64,000 nt of DNA from positions 5,357-69,356 of IMG/VR virus record IMGVR_UViG_3300048861_000137; one strand, 5' to 3'. The notes beneath the pieces are model-generated. The model did not search any database. It worked only from the letters and a program-made list of their open reading frames with translations, and had not been told where the DNA came from. The position numbers and the translations under genes are program-made. Positions 58,022-64,000 of the stretch are shown here, piece by piece. How positions within the stretch are numbered: the stretch's first letter is position 1; each line of letters starts with the position of its first letter. Source of the DNA: a virus (lineage: Duplodnaviria; Caudoviricetes).

Positions 58022-59347
58022 ATGCCTATGGTGCCCTTCGTTGCCCCGGACGATGATCTCGAGGACGACAGCTTTTCGCGATCGCTTGCCGGGGATCTCA
58101 ATGAGAGCGACGGCTATGCTTCCGCTCCCGCTGTTGGCGCTCCACCCGCCGCAGGTGTAACACCCGCTCCTCCCGCTCCCCCCGCAACGCCGCAGATGCC
58201 GGTGCCTCCGACCTATGCTCCTCCGGACCGTTCGGATCTGAATCGATGGGAACAGTCCTACCAGCAGGACAGTAAGGCGCTCGACCGCAACGATGCTGCA
58301 CTGAAGCCCCGCGCATGGGAGAGAACTTTAGGCGGACTGTCTTCAGCGCTGATGGCATACGGACGCGTCCCGGGTGCTGTTGAGACGGGCCAGAATGTCA
58401 CCGACCGGCGCTACAACTCTGCGGAGGAAGCTCGTCAAGGCAGGTTGTCCGCGGACAAAGTAGGCATCGATGCGGCGAACACTGCTCTTCGAGGTTCCGA
58501 CCAAGATTTCGAAAGGAATCTGCAGCAGTACAACTCGCAGCTTTCTGCCCAGCGTAACGCATCGTTGGCAGCCGATCGACAGGCACAGGAACAGCAGCGC
58601 TTGCAGGGCATCGCGCCTGGAACTGAGGCTCCGGATGATCCGAACAATCCGCTCGGAGGGTGGCATGCGACTACCGTAGGAGGGAAGCAGGTTGCTCTGC
58701 AGGGCCCTCCTGATAAGTGGGCAAAGAGTCCTGTAGGCGTCGCCGCGCAGCGCGATGCAGATGTAAAGCGACTCGGTCTCACTGGCGATGATGCCAAGTT
58801 CTACCGCGCGAATGGAAAACTGAAAGAGCCTTCCCCGACGACAAACATCCGGATGCCCTCCGCTGAATCGGAAGAACTCGGAATGTGGCGTAGTGCTTTC
58901 CGCCGCGATAACGGACGCGAGCCGAACGCCCAGGAGATCGCATCCTTCAAGCACGGCGGCGGCGGTGGCGGACCGAAGACACGTGGAACACCGGCTCAGT
59001 TCTCATCTCTCACCAAGCAGACGCAGGATGCTTACGCCAAAGCGGAGAAGGGATATCGAGATTCTCTCGCCCTGGCGCAGACCGATGAGGATCGCCTCGC
59101 AGCGCGCCAGATCCTCGATCAAGAGAAACAGCGGATCGGTGACGAGAACTCCCAACGCCTTCGGGATCTTGGAGGCATACCAGCCGAGGACAATGCTCCT
59201 AACGCTCCCGCGTCTGCCCCTCAGCAAGCCAAGGTCAAGGCTGGGACTGTCAAGGTAGGCGACCCGGTCACCGATGCCAAGGGCCGCAAAGGTACGGTCG
59301 TAGGAATCTCGCCGAGCGGAAAACCTCAAGTCCAGTGGAGCAAATAG
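58022..59347 (+). CDS. Internal virion / ejection protein 2
   Basis: Helical Q/A-rich protein, TLGGLSSALMAYG membrane-like segment, C-terminal KOW/SH3-like module. Confidence 0.6.
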   Translation: MPMVPFVAPDDDLEDDSFSRSLAGDLNESDGYASAPAVGAPPAAGVTPAPPAPPATPQMPVPPTYAPPDRSDLNRWEQSYQQDSKALDRNDAALKPRAWERTLGGLSSALMAYGRVPGAVETGQNVTDRRYNSAEEARQGRLSADKVGIDAANTALRGSDQDFERNLQQYNSQLSAQRNASLAADRQAQEQQRLQGIAPGTEAPDDPNNPLGGWHATTVGGKQVALQGPPDKWAKSPVGVAAQRDADVKRLGLTGDDAKFYRANGKLKEPSPTTNIRMPSAESEELGMWRSAFRRDNGREPNAQEIASFKHGGGGGGPKTRGTPAQFSSLTKQTQDAYAKAEKGYRDSLALAQTDEDRLAARQILDQEKQRIGDENSQRLRDLGGIPAEDNAPNAPASAPQQAKVKAGTVKVGDPVTDAKGRKGTVVGISPSGKPQVQWSK

Positions 59348-59351
59348 TGTT

Positions 59352-62300
59352 ATGGCCACAGAGCCGATTCACCTCGATGCAGACGAGTTCGAGGAAGCAC
59401 CTGCTGCTTCTAGCAGAAAACCTGTAGCTCTTTCTTCGGATGAGTTCGAAGATGCTCCTTCTGGTGGCCGATCGCGTTCTCCGTACGCCAAGCCCGGTTC
59501 CTATCAAACGAAGCTTAGTCCTGCCGAGGAGAGCCAGTTTCAAGGTTGGGTGAAGAGCAACAAGGTCCCTTTCGAAGATGATGGACCAGAATCAGACTAC
59601 GACATGCGCGGCTTCTGGAAGTCTCAGGGATCTCGCGCAGCAAATGGTCATTTCCCTGACACTTACAAAACTCCTTATCATCCAACCTTTTCGCGCGAAT
59701 CGAAGTACGCCACATCCCAAGCGCCACGATGGGTTGGTGATCGGTTCGTCGATAAAGACGGCAACATCGTCGCCGACGAAACCCCTGCGGACGCCATCCC
59801 AGCAGGAGCTACTGGGCCATTGCCTGGCGTACCTGCACATCCGGTCGTCGACATGAAGGTACCGTCACTCTTTGGAGTGGATGTTCCGAGTGGAGCGAGA
59901 GAGCAAGTAACGCAGGGACTTCGAGAGAGCTACCAGCAGAATCCGGGGCCAGTAGTTTCGGCAGGGAAGTTCGCGGCGAAAGCTGCAGGAAACGTCGCTT
60001 CTGGGCTACGGAACGTCTACACGCCGACGGACGCCGAAGTGAGAGAGCGCGAGTTCCCTTCTCTTCCCATGACTCCAGAGGAGAAGCAGGTAGCGAACCG
60101 CCAGGCGAGCAAGGGGCTATCTCAGGTCATCGCCGGCGGAAGCACCGCAGCGGTTGCGCTCAGCGCGCCTGAACTGATGGAACTTGGCCTTGCAGCCGAT
60201 GCCGGCGACGTTGCAGCCAAGTCAGCTATCATCAAGATCCTCGGAGCGGCCGAGGTCGGAAATGCGGCTTCAGCCGGAGGCGGAGCTCTCGCGGATAAAC
60301 TCAATCTCTCGCCCGAGACTAAAGACCTCATCCAGACCGCTGCTTTCTTCCTGCCATCCCTGGGCGGAGTTCTTGGCTTCAAAGGCGGCGTTGGCGCCGA
60401 CGCGGAAGGCAATCCTGGCGTAGCCGCGCAGAGCCCGGGTGGAAACGTGACCGCCGGAGTCCGGGGTACTCCCGAGGCGTATGAAGCTGGCGTCAAGGTT
60501 GGCGACAGTCAGTTCGGTGTGAGAATTCCGCGTGGAGGACCTCCCGCTCCCCCGGATCCGACCCGCGTTCTTGCCGACAACACGATGCAGTCAGCAGCGC
60601 AGACGCTGCAACAGGCAGCCGCTCTCAATCAGGCATCCGCGAATGTCGTACAGGGAAAACCTCCGGTACCGCCTCCTCCGCCGGAGCATATTCCGCAATC
60701 GCTGCAGGGCAATACGCTGTCGCCGAAAGCAGTGTCGGATGTGGCCTCTGTGATCAAAGCGGCACCGGCAGAGATGCAGGGCAAGCTCGCGCTCGAGGCT
60801 CATGAAAAACTCGCCGACTGGATGTTGAAGACAGGCCGCTTCGTTGGACCAGATGGAGCTATTCAGGTTGCGGATAGTCCAGAGAAGGCTTCCACCATCG
60901 CTCAAAAGGTTATCAATGATGAGGTTTCGCGCCAACAGAAGGTGGACCAAGATCAGCGCAAACAAGCCGAAGTAGTCCAGAAGGAGAAAGAGAAGGCGGC
61001 GGCCGAACAGCAAAAGCAGGTCGAGACTCAGCAAAAGGAAGCGGAGAAGGCGGCCAATAAGAAGGATGAGAACGGTCTCACGCCGGCGGAGAGAACAGCG
61101 GCTCGCGTACAGACGCTCATCGAATCGAATCCAGAGCGGGATCCCATTCAGATCGTGCAACGTGTTCTGGGTATCACTCCGGAGCGCGCACAGCAGCTCG
61201 TCAAGGACTATCAAACCTCGAAGGCTGCGACCGTAGGCAAGGGTGCCGACACCACTGTCGAAGAGTCTCGCGCTACCGTTGACCAGCAAGTGAAGGCATT
61301 AGCCGAAGGCCGCATTCCTGCCGTGATGCTCCCAGAAGGGAGCAAATATCGCCCCGCAGCACCTCCCGGGATGAAGGTGATGGCGGTGCGTGGCGAGGTC
61401 CCCGGAGCGGGCTTCTACATCTACAACCCCGCTAAAGTGCAAGCTGCAACGATCCGGACGGCAGCGAAATCTGGAACGCATGGAGATCTACTGGGCCACA
61501 TCCAGGGTAAGCAGGACATGCCGGAGGGTACGCCGACGGTAGTTGTTCAGGCGAAGGCTCCCGACGGAACGCCAATTCAGGATAGCCAGGTGCATGATGA
61601 TCCCGATCTAGTGCATCGACAGGCCGAGATCCTGCATGAAAGACATCCTGACGCGCATATCGAGGTCACGTCGCCGGAGCAGGTTCTTGATCAGCGGCAG
61701 CAGGACAATGCCACAGAGCCGGTGCACCTCGATGAGAACGAATTTGAGGAAGTAAAACCGGAGGGTGAATCCGATGCCATTCAAGAGCCAGGCACAGCAG
61801 AGGTACTTCGAAGCGAACAAAGGGAAGATGGAGAGCCAGGGGGTGGACGTGAGGGAGTGGGAGCAGTCCAGCAAGGGGAAGCATCTCCCGGAACGAGCTC
61901 CGAAGAAGAAACAGCCGAGCGACCACGACTGGGAGAAGTAACTCCAGAGAGTTCACAAACCCAAACGAAGGAGGAAAAACTTGACGGGATAAAAGAGCCG
62001 GCCGCCGGTGGTAGCGCGGACGCTGCCCCGGCCCAGCCGAAATATAAGTTCGGCAACACACAAGCTGACATTCCACATGAAAGCGATGCTGCCCGTGCAC
62101 TCGAAGCTGCCCGGAAGGCGATTGATCCGAATGATCTAGGTGGCGAGAAGGGACTCGAGACAGAGCCTCACATTACCGTGCGATACGGCATCCGCGGCGA
62201 GGACGTTGCTGGCATCCGCGAATACTTGAAGCGCCAAGTTCCATTCGAAGCTCACCTTGGTAAGACTGAATCCTTTCCTCCGTCAGAATCCTCCGACGGA

Positions 62301-64000
62301 GCAGCGGTTATTCAGGCTCCGATCGAGTCTCCAGAGCTTCACCGAATCAATGCCGAGATCGAAAAAGAGGGAGACTTCGAGCCTTCATCCTTCGCCGAAT
62401 ACAAACCCCACGCGACCATTGCTTATGTGAAGCCAGAGGCCGTCGACAAGTATGTCGGCATGGACGTCACGGCGGGCAAGAGATTCCGCATCGATTCCGT
62501 GTCCATCAGTGATCGCAACGGCGACAAGGAGGTTGTAAAGCTCGAGGGAAAGACGGAATCCGAAGAACCAAAGGAAGTCACGGAACGTATTCGCTCGGTA
62601 CTTGCAGCTGCTAAAGGTCCAGGCCATGCCCCACAGAAGGCGGTCATAGCTCCGGTGAGCCCATGGCTGACGGATGCGGCGAAGGCATACGGCATGGACC
62701 TCTCAAACTTCAATCACGTGATCGACGGTTCGGCGGTCCGGCATATTGTTTCCCGTCACGGTGACGCGAAGACAGAGCTCTCGCGCGGTCAATTAGCCAT
62801 CACCGACGCCGACTTTGATTCCATACCAGATCTGATCGCGTCTCCGGATCGAGTCATTCTAGGAACAAAGACGAAGGGGCATCGTAACCAGATCGGCTAC
62901 ATCAAGAAATTGAACGATGGAACAACGCTGTATCTGGAAGAGGAGAGGACTGGAAGGAACGAGCTCGCAACCGTGTCGATGAGGAGGTATCCCGCCGCGA
63001 AGGATTTCGATGCTATTGCTAGCACCCTGCCTTCCAACGCCCGAGGCGACGGCGGGGATGCCCCAATTATACTCACGCCCTCCGCAGGGAGCCAGAGCCC
63101 AGAACCCGCTGGCAGGATTGCCAAAGGCGATACCGTCAATTTCAAGGACCGTGACGGGACTGAGCGTACCGGAACCGTGGCTCACGCCGGCGAGCGCATC
63201 ATGCGTATCAAGTCCGAGGGCAAAGAGTACACGGTAGCGACAAAGAAGGTTGTGTCCGCATCGGAACTGGCGCCGGGCGAAAACTATGCGGACTACACCA
63301 AGCAGGTACGAAGGGTAATCAAGGGTTACGAGGAGCAGGCGAATAAGCTAGATCAATCAGAAGATACCCGGGATCACGAGATCGCGAAAGAGGCTCGCGA
63401 AAAGGCTGAGCGCTTGAGCGGAGAACTGAAAGATACTTCCACTTCCGCCACATCAAAAGATGTCGAAAAAAAGGAAGTATCCGAGATAGAATCTCCACAA
63501 GAACAGCCCGTTCAGACTTCTAGTCTGGCTGGTGAGGAGCCAGTAAAGTCCGGAGAGGGTGGCTCCGGACAAGTGGAATACCTCTCTGGTGCTCTGGGAT
63601 TCCATCCCTCAGCGCTCAAGCCTCTCGTCGAGAATCGCGTCGTAGCTCCCATCATCGAAGCTTTGAAAGACGAGGCTGAACACGTCGCCATCTCCCGGGA
63701 CCTTCACAATCGCTTGTATGATCTCCAGTCGCAGGACAACGCTGCCGTCCTTCGCGTGGTCCAAATGCTGAAGGAGATGCCGGGAACCGCCAAGGATCAG
63801 GAAGCGATCTACCATCACATGGAAGATCCAACCCTTCCGCTAACAGATCTTCAACAAGAGATCCTCGATAACTACCTGACACCTTTGATTTACGAGGCGG
63901 AGCACAACTTTCAGGTGGTCAGCGAAGGCGGAGTTCCTCTCGAGAACTATGTCCATCGTCAGGTTCGAGAGCGGGACGGTCTCATCGATCGATTGTTGGA
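59352..64000 (+). CDS. Giant polyvalent ejection protein (3'-truncated; over 1500 aa) with 2H phosphoesterase and PBECR-like domains
   Basis: Absent from the ORF track, consistent with no stop inside the window. Same frame verified at the start, at PHITVRYG (about 62166), KPHATIAY (about 62403), VRHIVSRHG...IPDLIASPD (62700-63000) and at the window end. Confidence 0.8.
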   Translation, partial: MATEPIHLDADEFEEAPAASSRKPVALSSDEFEDAPSGGRSRSPYAKPGSYQTKLSPAEESQFQGWVKSNKVPFEDDGPESDYDMRGFWKSQGSRAANGHFPDTYKTPYHPTFSRESKYATSQAPRWVGDRFVDKDGNIVADETPADAIPAGATGPLPGVPAHPVVDMKVPSLFGVDVPSGAREQVTQGLRESYQQNPGPVVSAGKFAAKAAGNVASGLRNVYTPTDAEVREREFPSLPMTPEEKQVANRQASKGLSQVIAGGSTAAVALSAPELMELGLAADAGDVAAKSAIIKILGAAEVGNAASAGGGALADKLNLSPETKDLIQTAAFFLPSLGGVLGFKGGVGADAEGNPGVAAQSPGGNVTAGVRGTPEAYEAGVKVGDSQFGVRIPRGGPPAPPDPTRVLADNTMQSAAQTLQQAAALNQASANVVQGKPPVPPPPPEHIPQSLQGNTLSPKAVSDVASVIKAAPAEMQGKLALEAHEKLADWMLKTGRFVGPDGAIQVADSPEKASTIAQKVINDEVSRQQKVDQDQRKQAEVVQKEKEKAAAEQQKQVETQQKEAEKAANKKDENGLTPAERTAARVQTLIESNPERDPIQIVQRVLGITPERAQQLVKDYQTSKAATVGKGADTTVEESRATVDQQVKALAEGRIPAVMLPEGSKYRPAAPPGMKVMAVRGEVPGAGFYIYNPAKVQAATIRTAAKSGTHGDLLGHIQGKQDMPEGTPTVVVQAKAPDGTPIQDSQVHDDPDLVHRQAEILHERHPDAHIEVTSPEQVLDQRQQDNATEPVHLDENEFEEVKPEGESDAIQEPGTAEVLRSEQREDGEPGGGREGVGAVQQGEASPGTSSEEETAERPRLGEVTPESSQTQTKEEKLDGIKEPAAGGSADAAPAQPKYKFGNTQADIPHESDAARALEAARKAIDPNDLGGEKGLETEPHITVRYGIRGEDVAGIREYLKRQVPFEAHLGKTESFPPSESSDGAAVIQAPIESPELHRINAEIEKEGDFEPSSFAEYKPHATIAYVKPEAVDKYVGMDVTAGKRFRIDSVSISDRNGDKEVVKLEGKTESEEPKEVTERIRSVLAAAKGPGHAPQKAVIAPVSPWLTDAAKAYGMDLSNFNHVIDGSAVRHIVSRHGDAKTELSRGQLAITDADFDSIPDLIASPDRVILGTKTKGHRNQIGYIKKLNDGTTLYLEEERTGRNELATVSMRRYPAAKDFDAIASTLPSNARGDGGDAPIILTPSAGSQSPEPAGRIAKGDTVNFKDRDGTERTGTVAHAGERIMRIKSEGKEYTVATKKVVSASELAPGENYADYTKQVRRVIKGYEEQANKLDQSEDTRDHEIAKEAREKAERLSGELKDTSTSATSKDVEKKEVSEIESPQEQPVQTSSLAGEEPVKSGEGGSGQVEYLSGALGFHPSALKPLVENRVVAPIIEALKDEAEHVAISRDLHNRLYDLQSQDNAAVLRVVQMLKEMPGTAKDQEAIYHHMEDPTLPLTDLQQEILDNYLTPLIYEAEHNFQVVSEGGVPLENYVHRQVRERDGLIDRLL

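Overview
The whole window looks like one temperate, podovirus-type phage or prophage (GC roughly 55-60%, my estimate); its right end runs off the window. The host is probably an Acidobacteriota-like Gram-negative bacterium. That is an inference from the integrase style, a TPEP-type PEP-CTERM tail and signal peptides followed by Gln. The left arm (1-17.3 kb, minus strand) carries integrase, excisionase, DnaB, a full GroES/GroEL pair, a Tad2-like (DUF2829) protein, HNH, a HerA-like ATPase, a Rad50/SbcC-like ATPase, a Cas4-like exonuclease and a probable annealing protein. A lambda-like cI/cro switch has two clear divergent sigma70 promoters sharing a 15-bp operator. The right early arm carries a PEP-CTERM protein, a C5 methyltransferase, ASCH, a replication initiator with iterons, and an acyltransferase-3 moron. 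The late region has three large fibre/adhesin-like proteins that all start with Sec signal peptides, then the lysis genes, a papain-like protease, portal, scaffold, capsid, tail tube/nozzle and ejection proteins. It ends in a giant truncated polyvalent protein with a 2H phosphoesterase and a PBECR-like domain. No terminase is visible. Most notable: (1) secreted, Cys-paired tail-fibre-like proteins; (2) a five-copy AAATGGTAGTCT late-promoter motif; (3) a GroES ending in an SSB-like DDDIPY tail; (4) a phage-encoded PEP-CTERM protein; (5) several candidate anti-defence proteins; (6) a structured RNA hiding a hydrophobic 49-aa ORF. All family calls are by eye from motifs; no searches were run.
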